Source: a virus
Taxonomy: Duplodnaviria > Caudoviricetes
DNA length: 64,000 nucleotides
Reading direction: 5' to 3' (one strand)
Virus record (IMG/VR): IMGVR_UViG_3300023048_000001
Coordinates: 32,001 to 96,000 of that record
Under the pieces are notes generated by a model. The model worked only from the letters and a program-made list of their open reading frames with translations, had not been told where the DNA came from and made no database searches. The position numbers and the translations under genes were made by a program. Shown piece by piece: positions 9,226 through 19,271 of the stretch. Position 1 is the stretch's first letter, and every line of letters begins with the position of its first letter.

Positions 9226-10416
9226 ATGGGTGGTAACGCAATTAAAGATGCAAGACGTGTCCCTAAAGAGGAATATGTACAGTTATGCCATGAATTACAT
9301 GAACTATTCCCCGAGTTAAAGATGAAACCGGTCAAGGCATATAGACAGAAGCCGGATTTTGGTGATATTGATATCGTGGTAGAAACAAGCCCTACGTTGG
9401 ATATCCCAGCATTAATCAAAGAACGTATGGGTCCAGACTTGACCTATTATCACAACAATATGTTCTTTTCCTTTGAATATAAGGGTGTTCAGGTTGATTT
9501 CATTTCTATGAGTCCAGACATCTTCCTTTCTGCATTAAATTACTTTGCATGGAATGATTTGGGTAATTTTATTGGTCGAACTGCCCGCTCAGTTAATTTC
9601 AAGTATGGACATGAAGGCTTGATGTATGAACTACGTCTTGGTGACCACTACAAGCAAGCTATCACTGTATCTACAGATACTAAAGCTATCCTTGAGTTTC
9701 TAGGGTATGAATATGCTCCTTGGGAGACTGGGTTTGATACCGAAGATGAAATCTTTACTTATGCTGCAAGTAGCACTATCTTCAATTCATTGTATTTCGA
9801 TCTTGACGAACAGGGCCACAATGACCGTGTAAGAAATAGAAAGAGAAAGATGTATCAGAAGATGTTGGCTTACCTTGAAGCTAATGGTATTAAACCTAAG
9901 TCAAAGAAGACATCAGAAGAGTGTAAAGAATTTTATGAACTAGCCAGAAAGGTATTTGGTGATGCATTCCACAAAATCGTATTAAGCGAAACTGAAAAAT
10001 ATGAAAAGGGATTAAAATTTAAAGAAGTCTACAATGGTGATATAGTTTCGGAAATTACTGGTCTAACTGGTAAAGACCTTGGCACATTTATGAGTACCTT
10101 GAAGAACAATGAAGTATGGATGGGTGAATCTGCATGGGATAGATTTATTGATGCTTGTCTTGAAGACGAATATTATGCAACTGATGCTATCGGTGCGCAT
10201 ATTGATAGAACATTTGTACATAAACAGTTATTACTATCACCAGATGAAAAGAAAGCTATAACAGATTCATTGGATGGTGAAACATTAATCTATGGTACAT
10301 CGTCGCAGAGTGCTGGAATAGATGTTGCAATTCACAAAGCTGGCGACAAATTATATCGTTACATCTATCATTATTATACTAAAACTGATATTATCGAAGA
10401 ACTTATGTACAGGTGA
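9226..10416 (+). CDS. Pol-beta superfamily nucleotidyltransferase (MGGNA...FGDIDI type)
   Basis: KPDFGDIDIVV and QVDFI acidic triad; RBS GGAG at 9216. Confidence 0.7.
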   Translation: MGGNAIKDARRVPKEEYVQLCHELHELFPELKMKPVKAYRQKPDFGDIDIVVETSPTLDIPALIKERMGPDLTYYHNNMFFSFEYKGVQVDFISMSPDIFLSALNYFAWNDLGNFIGRTARSVNFKYGHEGLMYELRLGDHYKQAITVSTDTKAILEFLGYEYAPWETGFDTEDEIFTYAASSTIFNSLYFDLDEQGHNDRVRNRKRKMYQKMLAYLEANGIKPKSKKTSEECKEFYELARKVFGDAFHKIVLSETEKYEKGLKFKEVYNGDIVSEITGLTGKDLGTFMSTLKNNEVWMGESAWDRFIDACLEDEYYATDAIGAHIDRTFVHKQLLLSPDEKKAITDSLDGETLIYGTSSQSAGIDVAIHKAGDKLYRYIYHYYTKTDIIEELMYR

Positions 10417-10426
10417 ACAGGTTTAA

Positions 10427-10789
10427 ATGGAATACTATATTTTTACAGAAAATAATGAGTGGGAAGGCGAGATTTGGAACTTCTACATCCCTATGACTAA
10501 ATCTCATAGGGATGCAGTTGATGCGCTGATTCAATCTACTGATGAATTTGATAGTCCTTACTCAATATCTACTCATAGTCTTAGTGAGAGCGAAGTTGAA
10601 GACTTGACTGATGATGCAGACGATGAAGGTTACATGCCTTCAGATATCAAATGTGAGCCTATCAACCCTCGTTTAGTTGAACTATTTCCAATCATCGATA
10701 TCACCAAGAATGACCCATTCTACAAGGGTGCTTGTTGGTTGAATGAAGATTTTGATGTGGATTTAGATGAAGACGGTGAAGATGAATGA
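10427..10789 (+). CDS. Acidic hypothetical protein
   Basis: ORF in operon. Confidence 0.7.
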   Translation: MEYYIFTENNEWEGEIWNFYIPMTKSHRDAVDALIQSTDEFDSPYSISTHSLSESEVEDLTDDADDEGYMPSDIKCEPINPRLVELFPIIDITKNDPFYKGACWLNEDFDVDLDEDGEDE

Positions 10790-11019
10790 GAAGAATGACT
10801 TGGACTGAATTACAAGATAGTGGATTGCTGTGGTGGATCAATAGAATCCTCCACACTTTTGGGGTTGCTATAGTAATTTCTAAAAATGCAGAGGGATTAA
10901 TTGATGGAGTATATCCAGCAGAAGTTGACTTCAGAGGGTTCTCCGAAGAATCTGAAGCCAACGGATATGCAAAGGTGAATACCTTTATTAAACAGAAATT
11001 CGGAGCAACTGATGAATAA
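10786..11019 (+). CDS. Small hypothetical protein
   Basis: ORF coupled at both ends; GLLWWINRILH...FRGFSE. Confidence 0.7.
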   Translation: MRRMTWTELQDSGLLWWINRILHTFGVAIVISKNAEGLIDGVYPAEVDFRGFSEESEANGYAKVNTFIKQKFGATDE

Positions 11020-12007
11020 TTTTGATTTACAATACACAAATGTAATGAAGCGCGTCATCGACACTGGTGTTGATCGTCCAGACCGTACCGGAATAGGCTC
11101 TAGAGCCATTTGGGGTGCTATGGTAGACGTTGACTTGGCTGATGGTTTCCCGATCCCTACAACGCGAAAGACAACGTTTAGGATCGCTTTTGAGGAAACT
11201 TGGTGGATGCTTCGTGGTGAGACGGACACAAAGAAGCTTGAAGAGAAGAAGATCAATATCTGGAAGGGGAATACGACCAGAGAGTTCCTTGATAATCGTG
11301 GACTACATCGCCTTCCCGAAGGCCACATGGGTAAAGGATACGGGTTTCAGTGGAGAAACTTTGGTGGTAATTATAAAATAGAAAAGATTTATAATTCTTT
11401 CTCTGAAGTTGTAGATGAGAATGGAAACATCCTGATATCAAAAGAAGCATTTGATGAATTCAATGATCCATTCTTTACAAATACCAGATATGATTACACT
11501 AAATCAGATGGTAAAGGTATTGATCAGATAATCAATGTCCTTGAAGGTATGAAGAAAGACCCGAATGGTCGTCGTCATATCATTTCAGGGTGGAATCCAC
11601 AACAGCTTCATGAAATGGCTCTCCCACCATGCCACTTGTACAATCAGTATCAAATCCTTAATGGAAAGCTGAACTCATCCTTCGTGATGCGCTCACATGA
11701 TTGGCTCTATGGTGGTCCATTCAATTTTATGGGATACGCTTTGCTTAATATTGCTTTTGCAAAGTACCTTGGACTTGAACCCGGACATCTAACCTACTTT
11801 GGTAATGATGTTCACATTTATGACAACCAAATTGAAATGGCTAAGGAACAGGTTCTAAGAGACTCATTCGATCTACCAAAGATTGAATTGGTTAAGCCAG
11901 TGAAGACCTTAGATGACTTATTCGGACTACAACATGAGGATTTCGTATTCACAACTGAATATAAAGCTCATCCAGACTTCAAGAATAAGCCTAAAATGGC
12001 AGTTTAA
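11012..12007 (+). CDS. thyA: Thymidylate synthase
   Basis: DRTGIG, YGFQWR, RRHIISGWNP, MALPPCH, RSHD, PFN, HIYDN. Confidence 0.97.
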   Translation: MNNFDLQYTNVMKRVIDTGVDRPDRTGIGSRAIWGAMVDVDLADGFPIPTTRKTTFRIAFEETWWMLRGETDTKKLEEKKINIWKGNTTREFLDNRGLHRLPEGHMGKGYGFQWRNFGGNYKIEKIYNSFSEVVDENGNILISKEAFDEFNDPFFTNTRYDYTKSDGKGIDQIINVLEGMKKDPNGRRHIISGWNPQQLHEMALPPCHLYNQYQILNGKLNSSFVMRSHDWLYGGPFNFMGYALLNIAFAKYLGLEPGHLTYFGNDVHIYDNQIEMAKEQVLRDSFDLPKIELVKPVKTLDDLFGLQHEDFVFTTEYKAHPDFKNKPKMAV

Positions 12008-12009
12008 AA

Positions 12010-12031
12010 AAAGCCCGCTTTCGCGGGCTTT
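12010..12031. terminator. Bidirectional intrinsic terminator
   Basis: aaagcccgc-tttc-gcgggcttt, the exact reverse complement of the copies at 46563 and 53185. Confidence 0.9.
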
Positions 12032-12034
12032 TTA

Positions 12035-15000
12035 TTATAGGTATTTCTTAATACTGAAGTTATCCCACATATAGACATCACCGGTTCCTATACCCGAGTT
12101 GGTTGAACCACTGGTTAGCGTAGTTGGTGTTAATACCATCGAGAACTGTGTTGCAGAAGATGGGAAGGTAACATAAGTGACAAATGTTCCAGTACCATTT
12201 AAGTTATTGGAAGTAGAATAATATGTATTTGTACCATCACCAATGTTTACATTCAAATACTGAACAGCAGCATTCGTTGCTAGATAATCAAATTGTATTT
12301 TGTAGGTAATGGCTTGAGTGTTTGAGATTGCTCCACTCAATTTTGCTGTTACTGTACCCAATGCCAATGATACTGTGGACACTAATCTACCAGCATTAAT
12401 ACTCAACACACAGTTAGTACCACTGAATGCCGATGGTACTGAACCTGTTGAGAATGTACCATCAGTAACCAATTCTGGACCTGCCGCAGTTAATGTAACT
12501 GATGGTGTTAGCGTTGGTGTCACTGATCGTGTTTGTGTTAATGATGGTGTGATTGATAATGTTGGCGTTACTGTTGGTGTAATCGTTCTGGTCACTGTAA
12601 TTGAAGGTGTTGCGGTTACACTCGGAGTCACTGATTTGGTTGGTGTTACCGATGGTGTGATTGAAATAGTTGGTGAAACTGTTAATGTAGGTGTAACAGT
12701 TGGTGATACCGTCTTGGTAACGCTTGGTGTTACGGTAATTGTACCCGTCACTGATGGGGTCGCTGTCAATGTTGGCGTTGTTGTCAGCGTTGGGCTCATT
12801 GTTGGTGAAAGTGTCAGCGTAGGCGTCACAGCCATTGAAGTGGTTGCAGTAACTGATGGCGTAACTGTTATTGTCTGTGTCACTGTTGGTGATGGTGTTG
12901 GCGTTGGGGTATCGGTCAACGTTGGAGTAACAGTCACACTTGGTGTCACGGTAATCGTTGGTGAAGCTGTCACGGTATTTGTCACTGTTGGCGTGAATGT
13001 CACGCTTGGTGTCATTGAAATAGTGGATGTCAATGTTGGCGTAACAGTTAATGTAGGACTCAATGTAACTGATGGGGTTAATGTGATTGTTGGTGTAATT
13101 GATGCTGTAACTGTTGGTGTTACCGTTACTGATGGTGTAGTAGTGGTGGATGGTGTTGTTGTTACCGATGGAGTCACCGAAATGGTTTGAGTCACTGATG
13201 GTGAAACTGTTGGGGTAGGTGTTGCTGTCATACCTGAAGTGCCAGTAACTGATGGTGTTACTGTATTTGTAGGTGTAAGTGTTGGTGACACGGTTGCAGT
13301 TACAGAAGGCGTCATTGATGCTGTAGTTGAAATTGTTGGTGTGACTGTTGGCGTAGCTGACAATGAGATGGTAGCCGTGACTGATGGTGTCACCGTCACT
13401 GAAGCTGTTGGTGTTGGTGATTCAGTTAATGTTGGTGTAGCAGTCATTGTTGGAGTCAATGTAACGGATGGAGTCACAGAAATTGACTGCGTAACTGTTG
13501 GACTTAAGGTTACCGATGGCGTTGCAGTCATTGATGGCGTCAACGTAACTGATGGCGTAACTGATACTGACTGAGTTTGTGTTGGTGTTGGGGTTACTGC
13601 TGGTGTATCAGTAACGGTAGGTGTCATAGTAACGCTTGGTGTAAGTGTTGGTGAAACTGTTTGTGTAACTGTTGGAGTCATTGATGGAGACACAGTAAGC
13701 GTGGCTGTAGTTGTTGGTGTAGGTGTAACAGCCGGAGTATCTGTCATCGTAGGCGTAACAGTAAATGATGGTGTTACCGTAGTGGATGCGGTTTGTGTTG
13801 GTGTAATTGTAGGTGACGGTGTAGCCGTCACTGAAGGACTTAATGAAACAGTAGCCGTGATAGTTGGTGTAATAGTTGCACTTACTGTCTGTGTAACAGT
13901 TGGAGTTACCGTAGGTGTTATTGTCGTAGTCGTTGTTGGTGTAGGGGTTGGACTATCTGACACTGTAGGTGTAATCGTAGCTGTAACGGATGGTGTTACA
14001 GACGCAGTTTCAGAAATAGTTGGGGTTACAGTCAATGTGGGTGTTGATGAAACTCCCGGAGTATTTGTCACTGTAACTGTAGGCGTCACAGACGCGCTCA
14101 CAGAAGCCGTCTGTGATGGTGTTAATGAGATTGTAGGCGTAACTGTAGAAGTCGCTGTAGGCGTTAGTGAGGCAGTCACAGATATGGTTGGCGTGACTGT
14201 TGCCGTAATAGAACTTGTAACTGATGGTGTTAGTGAGGGGCTGACTGTTGTAGACACGGTAGGAGTTGGAGTTACCGTAGCTGAAGCACTTAATGAAAGG
14301 CTTGGGCTGATGGTAACCGTAGCCGTTACAGTAGGGGTTGGTGATTTAGTTGTAGTTGGCGTATTTGATGGAGCCACCAGCGTACCACTTGGAGCCATCG
14401 TTGGGGTTACTGTCACAGATGGTGTAGCGGTGGTGGTTGGTGTTGGAGTTACAGGGACGTTATCACGAGTCACTTTATAGAATGCCAAATCTTCTATAAA
14501 GTATTGTTTTGTTCTAGCAGCAGGAATCTTATAGTTTGCATCATCAAATAATTTTATAGTTAATGTAAGATTGCTATCAGAAGGCATGTAAAGATAATAA
14601 GAAATTCTTCCACTATCACGGATAGGACAATAGATCATCAAATCTTGTTGTAGATCGGAAATAGAATCACCAAACAAGAAGGGGTTATTTGATGATAATG
14701 TTACGATGGCATATCGACATATACCTTGTTCATAGTCAAACGAGAAATGATAGTAGTTATTACCCGAAACCGGCATATTACTTGCTGTAAAGGTAGGGAA
14801 CTGAGTTTTGTTGGCTGAAGCAGAAATCAACTGAATCTGATTCTTACCATTCTGAAATCCAGTTTTAGTAGTGCCATAAGCTGGAACCCACTGATTAATG
14901 TTTTTGAACCAATTATCTATAGCCATCCAAGTCATTGTAGGAGTCATGGTAGGTGTGGCAGTAGCAGCAGGGGTCTTGGTAGGCTGTCTAGACGGTGTTA

Positions 15001-15196
15001 CCGTGGGTGTTGGTGTACGTGTTACTAGGGATGCAGCAGTCAGATAGGCATTGGTGGTAAGAACAGTGTATGTCTTCCCTTTGGATACTATTACGTATGA
15101 GATTAGAACACCATTTGTATAGTTGATTGATGTGACCGCACCATACATTACAATAGTACCACTTAGAAAATATACAAAATCGCCAATTTTAAACAT
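12035..15196 (-). CDS. Mucin-like virion fibre protein: N-terminal module, CBM-like domain, ~650-aa Thr/Ser/Pro stalk, C-terminal beta-sandwich
   Basis: Translation; late motif AATAAATA at 15220-15227. Confidence 0.75.
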   Translation of the reverse strand: MFKIGDFVYFLSGTIVMYGAVTSINYTNGVLISYVIVSKGKTYTVLTTNAYLTAASLVTRTPTPTVTPSRQPTKTPAATATPTMTPTMTWMAIDNWFKNINQWVPAYGTTKTGFQNGKNQIQLISASANKTQFPTFTASNMPVSGNNYYHFSFDYEQGICRYAIVTLSSNNPFLFGDSISDLQQDLMIYCPIRDSGRISYYLYMPSDSNLTLTIKLFDDANYKIPAARTKQYFIEDLAFYKVTRDNVPVTPTPTTTATPSVTVTPTMAPSGTLVAPSNTPTTTKSPTPTVTATVTISPSLSLSASATVTPTPTVSTTVSPSLTPSVTSSITATVTPTISVTASLTPTATSTVTPTISLTPSQTASVSASVTPTVTVTNTPGVSSTPTLTVTPTISETASVTPSVTATITPTVSDSPTPTPTTTTTITPTVTPTVTQTVSATITPTITATVSLSPSVTATPSPTITPTQTASTTVTPSFTVTPTMTDTPAVTPTPTTTATLTVSPSMTPTVTQTVSPTLTPSVTMTPTVTDTPAVTPTPTQTQSVSVTPSVTLTPSMTATPSVTLSPTVTQSISVTPSVTLTPTMTATPTLTESPTPTASVTVTPSVTATISLSATPTVTPTISTTASMTPSVTATVSPTLTPTNTVTPSVTGTSGMTATPTPTVSPSVTQTISVTPSVTTTPSTTTTPSVTVTPTVTASITPTITLTPSVTLSPTLTVTPTLTSTISMTPSVTFTPTVTNTVTASPTITVTPSVTVTPTLTDTPTPTPSPTVTQTITVTPSVTATTSMAVTPTLTLSPTMSPTLTTTPTLTATPSVTGTITVTPSVTKTVSPTVTPTLTVSPTISITPSVTPTKSVTPSVTATPSITVTRTITPTVTPTLSITPSLTQTRSVTPTLTPSVTLTAAGPELVTDGTFSTGSVPSAFSGTNCVLSINAGRLVSTVSLALGTVTAKLSGAISNTQAITYKIQFDYLATNAAVQYLNVNIGDGTNTYYSTSNNLNGTGTFVTYVTFPSSATQFSMVLTPTTLTSGSTNSGIGTGDVYMWDNFSIKKYL
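12490..14455 (-). repeat. Degenerate TP[ST][VIL]T coding repeat tract
   Basis: Protein-level low-complexity repeat. Confidence 0.9.
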
Positions 15197-15240
15197 GCCT
15201 ATCCTTGGATTATGGAAATTATTTATTTAAATGAGAAATA

Positions 15241-15266
15241 AAAAGGGAACCTTTCGGCTCCCTTTT
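15241..15266 (-). terminator. Intrinsic terminator
   Basis: aaaaggga-a-cc-tttc-gg-c-tccctttt hairpin. Confidence 0.7.
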
Positions 15267-15305
15267 AATAGGCATTTTCGGCAAATCTTTAATATGTGAT
15301 ATAAA

Positions 15306-16076
15306 TCACATTTCTGCTGGCTCATCAGGAACTACAGCCATAGGAATATCTGGTGTAGGTTCAGGGGTCACTACTGGCGGAGGTGTAGGTGTAATGTCTA
15401 CAATCAAATCATCAGGATAAGTCATATTCCAAATAGCAACCCATTTAGGATCAGTAATTTTTGGTTTAACTAATTCAGTTCTATCAGAGAAATACTGACA
15501 ATAACTGAACAATAGTTGCTGATCTGTGATCTGTGTAAAGAAAGTAGAGTCATCTAATTCGGTAGCCCAAAAATAAATCAAATCTTGAGTAACGATAAAT
15601 GGTGCAAATCTATCATGGTCAGAAGCACGGATATATTTAACCCAACTGGACATGATAGAGGGTTCGGTCACATAATCAATTACAGTATCATAAATCTGGA
15701 ACACTGTAGCCCACATGTATGCACTAAATGAGGTCAACTGAGTAAAATCAAAATAATTGGAAAGAGTAGCAGCATCAAAAGTTTGACCAGAAGCAACTAC
15801 AGTGCATTTTGTTACAAAGGTAGCCAAAGGGTCAAATGCATAACTAGCAACATCACTTTCATCAAATGATACAATAACAAAGGTAGGGCCATCGAAATAG
15901 TCTAAATGTCCATTAACTTCAGCAACTAAAATTCCCGGAGGATTATAGTAGTAATACCCTGAATTATCGTCATAGATTTTAGTTGAGTCAAAGGTATATA
16001 CATCACCGGGTGTCGTAGACAAGGCCGCATGATATCCATCTTCTACAGTGTAAATTTTTCTTATAGCGTATTTCAT
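15306..16076 (-). CDS. Hypothetical protein with Pro-rich tail
   Basis: ORF directly downstream of 16085..19246; RBS AAGGA. Confidence 0.7.
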   Translation of the reverse strand: MKYAIRKIYTVEDGYHAALSTTPGDVYTFDSTKIYDDNSGYYYYNPPGILVAEVNGHLDYFDGPTFVIVSFDESDVASYAFDPLATFVTKCTVVASGQTFDAATLSNYFDFTQLTSFSAYMWATVFQIYDTVIDYVTEPSIMSSWVKYIRASDHDRFAPFIVTQDLIYFWATELDDSTFFTQITDQQLLFSYCQYFSDRTELVKPKITDPKWVAIWNMTYPDDLIVDITPTPPPVVTPEPTPDIPMAVVPDEPAEM

Positions 16077-16084
16077 ATATTTCC

Positions 16085-19000
16085 TTATGAGTAAGTATAG
16101 CCAATGGTGGTAGCATTTTCTCTTATTGTGACCGCATGTACTCTAACTGGTGGACCAACACTCAAGGTAGCATAGGTGAACTTTGCCGATGCAGGATAAC
16201 TAATAGTATTACCGCTACAATATTGTACTATTACTGAACTTCCAGTATTAGATATAAGATAAGTAAATGTATCAGTAGGTTGCGGTTTAACTAATAATAA
16301 ACCTGCCGGAGCCGATCCGGTTGCTAGACTGAGAGGTAAACTATTGGTTGCAACTGTTGCAGCACCCACTGTTGCAGCAACAGGATTATATGCTGATATG
16401 TATACATTGGTTGAACCGGCAACTCCAACCGAAACATATGAACTGGCGGTACTTGTTGATATACTTTGTGCTAAAACAATGCCGACTGGTACTGCACTTA
16501 GCACAGTTTGGGTAGATGTAGTAGCTAGAGTAAAAGTATCATCATTATTTATTTTATATACATTAATGTATGGAGCGACAGCTAACCCAAAAGCAACATA
16601 CTCTGCAAGACCGTCAACAGTTATAGTAGTATCAACGCAATACCAATTTCCTGTAAATGTGGTTAATATAGAAAATGACTCTGCTGATGAATTGAATTTG
16701 ATAGTTTTTCCACCAGCACCATTAGTATTGGCAAAAATATAATTACCACCCTTGGAAAATTTAAGTGCATTATATGTATATCCCATTGCTAATGTGCTCA
16801 AACGAGTAAATGTCCCATTGAAATTATTTTTGTAAACATATACGTTTGTTAACGCAGAAAGCGCAATGTACTTATTATCTGATGAGATATCTATCGCAGT
16901 AACAGCAGCAGCAATATCAGGAAATGGATTTGTCAATGGACTATAAGCACCATTATTTAATGTGAATGCTTGTGCGTTACCTACTGCGGAAGCATATCCA
17001 ACGAGCAATAAACTTGCATCAGAGCTTAAAACACAAACTTTTGCTGCATCACTAGCATAGCCTATTACTGGTATGTTAGTGCCATCATTAAACTTAGTTA
17101 ACTTCTGGACAGTGATGGGTGCTAAAGTAGAGTTTGCTGCTATAGCTACATAGGTATTAATGATATCATTATGTTGATCAACAACCGTATAATCAGTAGT
17201 TAATATTTTCTTTGCTGAAACAGTGAGCCCGTCTCGTAAAGCTAAACCGCCTCCCGATAATGGTGATGATATTTTAGCTAATCCACTAACTTTACTAGCA
17301 TAAGCATTACTAGTTAATGTACTATCAATATTGATAATATCACTAGCTCCCATTACATTTGAGCTTGTATATGATGTAGTAGTTGGTGGATTACCAGAAA
17401 GTACACTGTAATTATTTGATCCCGTAGAATTCCACTGTACGGTGTTATCTGAAGTTAGCGGTTCACTTACTACAGAACAAGCCCCTAGGCGGTTATAATT
17501 TTCTAATCCGCTACCATCAATAATATACATATCACTGACCTTCATAGGTAAGGTAACTTGTGATGATGTATTCACATCTCTCTTAAAGCATATACTAATA
17601 GGACCAGATAGAAATGATTTAAATTCACTAATATCAAAATTATTATATGTACCTACACCAGCATATATGGTCAAACTTTTTGAGCCTATATACAACAAGG
17701 CATTGGTAAGTCCTGTGTCGCTGGTAGAATTTATAATTAACTCAATATATACATTACTAAAGACACCATTAGAATATCCTACTGCATCGGCTGAAAGCTC
17801 TCTAATTCCATTAATGAAGCTACCACCAGTAGTAGATGAGAAATAGGTGCAACTTATAGAATTATCTTCTAAAGTTATAGAAAATCTAGATGGTCCATTA
17901 GCATAATTATAGTTATCGGATAGAGTGTTACCATTATAATTACCCGGAGCAATGACAGCAATGACATTGATTTGATTATCATATCTAACAATATTTGTGT
18001 TTGATGATAGTACTACGTAATTGTTATCAGAACTATAAGCAATTTGATTATAGTTATCTATTGGGTATGAATTAGGGTAGGATGTTATACTACCATTTGA
18101 TATTTTGTAAACTTTGGGTTGATAGCTACCAGTAAATAATACGGTGTATTTGTTTTTATTTGGATTATATAATATAGATTTAACTGGTGCAGTTAAAGCT
18201 TCAGGTAAAGCTACTGAAGGCATACCTGAAGCAATTGTGTATATTTGCATGTAAGGTGCAGAAGATGATCCTACTAACATGTATTTGTTGTCTGTGTTCT
18301 GGTTTGTATCAATACTAGTAACGTTAGTTAATCCAGATAGGGAGTATACTGGTTGATATGTTGGTATTGAAGTTGAAAAAAGAAAAGCAGATACTGATGT
18401 TTGGGTAGCCACATATATATAACCAGAATTTACATCTACTGAAACTGCTCTAGCACCTGCTGGCGGTAACGTGGCTGGATTAGCTGTTTTAGTCCAAGTA
18501 TCAGATCCTACTGTTTTAAGATAGAAGTTTACATAAGGTGTCGATCCGCCAACAATAATAAATGAATTATTATATGTGAACACACAATCAGTTACAGTTC
18601 CTGTTATACCATAACTGGTTATATTAGTATATGTATTTGCTCCAATATCTCTTTTATATATGTAAACATTGGAAGTTGCACCGGTTAATAGCATTAAAAA
18701 GTACATACCATCTGGTGAAAATCTAATCTTAGTCATAGTCAGTGTAGTTTGTACTTGAGAGAATATGCTCGTCCAATATGTATAACCATCTGCGCCCATT
18801 GTATTTCTGGTATAGAGCATAATTCTATTTGTATTAGATGAATCCCTAAAGGAAACTAATAAATGTGATCCATCAGAATTATAGGCGGCAGTGACATTTG
18901 TTAGGCCTGTAGGTAAGCTAGCTAGTGCAGATGACTCTACGGTCTGTGATCCACTATATGCATATTCACTTAAGCTGAAACCTATACCAACACGACCAAG

Positions 19001-19246
19001 GCCACTCGCAAATGTAGGTAAATTTGTATTATTAAGTGTAATACCAGTTTTGGATGCATAATAGCTACCATGAGTGGAACTAGCGGTTGTTACTGATAAG
19101 TCTAGACCATTATTAGAGTACCCATTTTTTGGATATGCATTAGTTAAATTGGCAGCACCTTCAGCGGTAAAAACACCCCATTTTGTAGATGGTATGGTTG
19201 CTGTTGTGTTATCAAATTTAAAATTATCAAAATATACGATGGACAT
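16085..19246 (-). CDS. Virion structural protein with two beta-propeller (WD40-like) regions
   Basis: Blade repeats (FSPDGMY, YKNNFNGTFTRL, PYINVYK); late motif GATAAATA 19266-19273. Confidence 0.65.
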   Translation of the reverse strand: MSIVYFDNFKFDNTTATIPSTKWGVFTAEGAANLTNAYPKNGYSNNGLDLSVTTASSTHGSYYASKTGITLNNTNLPTFASGLGRVGIGFSLSEYAYSGSQTVESSALASLPTGLTNVTAAYNSDGSHLLVSFRDSSNTNRIMLYTRNTMGADGYTYWTSIFSQVQTTLTMTKIRFSPDGMYFLMLLTGATSNVYIYKRDIGANTYTNITSYGITGTVTDCVFTYNNSFIIVGGSTPYVNFYLKTVGSDTWTKTANPATLPPAGARAVSVDVNSGYIYVATQTSVSAFLFSTSIPTYQPVYSLSGLTNVTSIDTNQNTDNKYMLVGSSSAPYMQIYTIASGMPSVALPEALTAPVKSILYNPNKNKYTVLFTGSYQPKVYKISNGSITSYPNSYPIDNYNQIAYSSDNNYVVLSSNTNIVRYDNQINVIAVIAPGNYNGNTLSDNYNYANGPSRFSITLEDNSISCTYFSSTTGGSFINGIRELSADAVGYSNGVFSNVYIELIINSTSDTGLTNALLYIGSKSLTIYAGVGTYNNFDISEFKSFLSGPISICFKRDVNTSSQVTLPMKVSDMYIIDGSGLENYNRLGACSVVSEPLTSDNTVQWNSTGSNNYSVLSGNPPTTTSYTSSNVMGASDIINIDSTLTSNAYASKVSGLAKISSPLSGGGLALRDGLTVSAKKILTTDYTVVDQHNDIINTYVAIAANSTLAPITVQKLTKFNDGTNIPVIGYASDAAKVCVLSSDASLLLVGYASAVGNAQAFTLNNGAYSPLTNPFPDIAAAVTAIDISSDNKYIALSALTNVYVYKNNFNGTFTRLSTLAMGYTYNALKFSKGGNYIFANTNGAGGKTIKFNSSAESFSILTTFTGNWYCVDTTITVDGLAEYVAFGLAVAPYINVYKINNDDTFTLATTSTQTVLSAVPVGIVLAQSISTSTASSYVSVGVAGSTNVYISAYNPVAATVGAATVATNSLPLSLATGSAPAGLLLVKPQPTDTFTYLISNTGSSVIVQYCSGNTISYPASAKFTYATLSVGPPVRVHAVTIRENATTIGYTYS

Positions 19247-19271
19247 TATAATACTCGTTGTTGTTTATTTA

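Noticed and set aside
9138-9419. N-terminal extension of the 7947..9419 ORF
   Set aside because: Overlaps the divergent nucleotidyltransferase; the late motif and ATG indicate a start at 9137
11012-12007. ThyA as a dCMP hydroxymethylase feeding DNA glycosylation
   Set aside because: It retains the dUMP-specifying Asn and canonical ThyA motifs; DNA modification by genes outside the window is not excluded
12490-14455. Ice-binding or ice-nucleation protein (T-x-T arrays)
   Set aside because: Pro every 4-10 residues and variable unit length do not fit a regular beta-solenoid; an antifreeze-glycoprotein-like effect cannot be excluded but has no direct support
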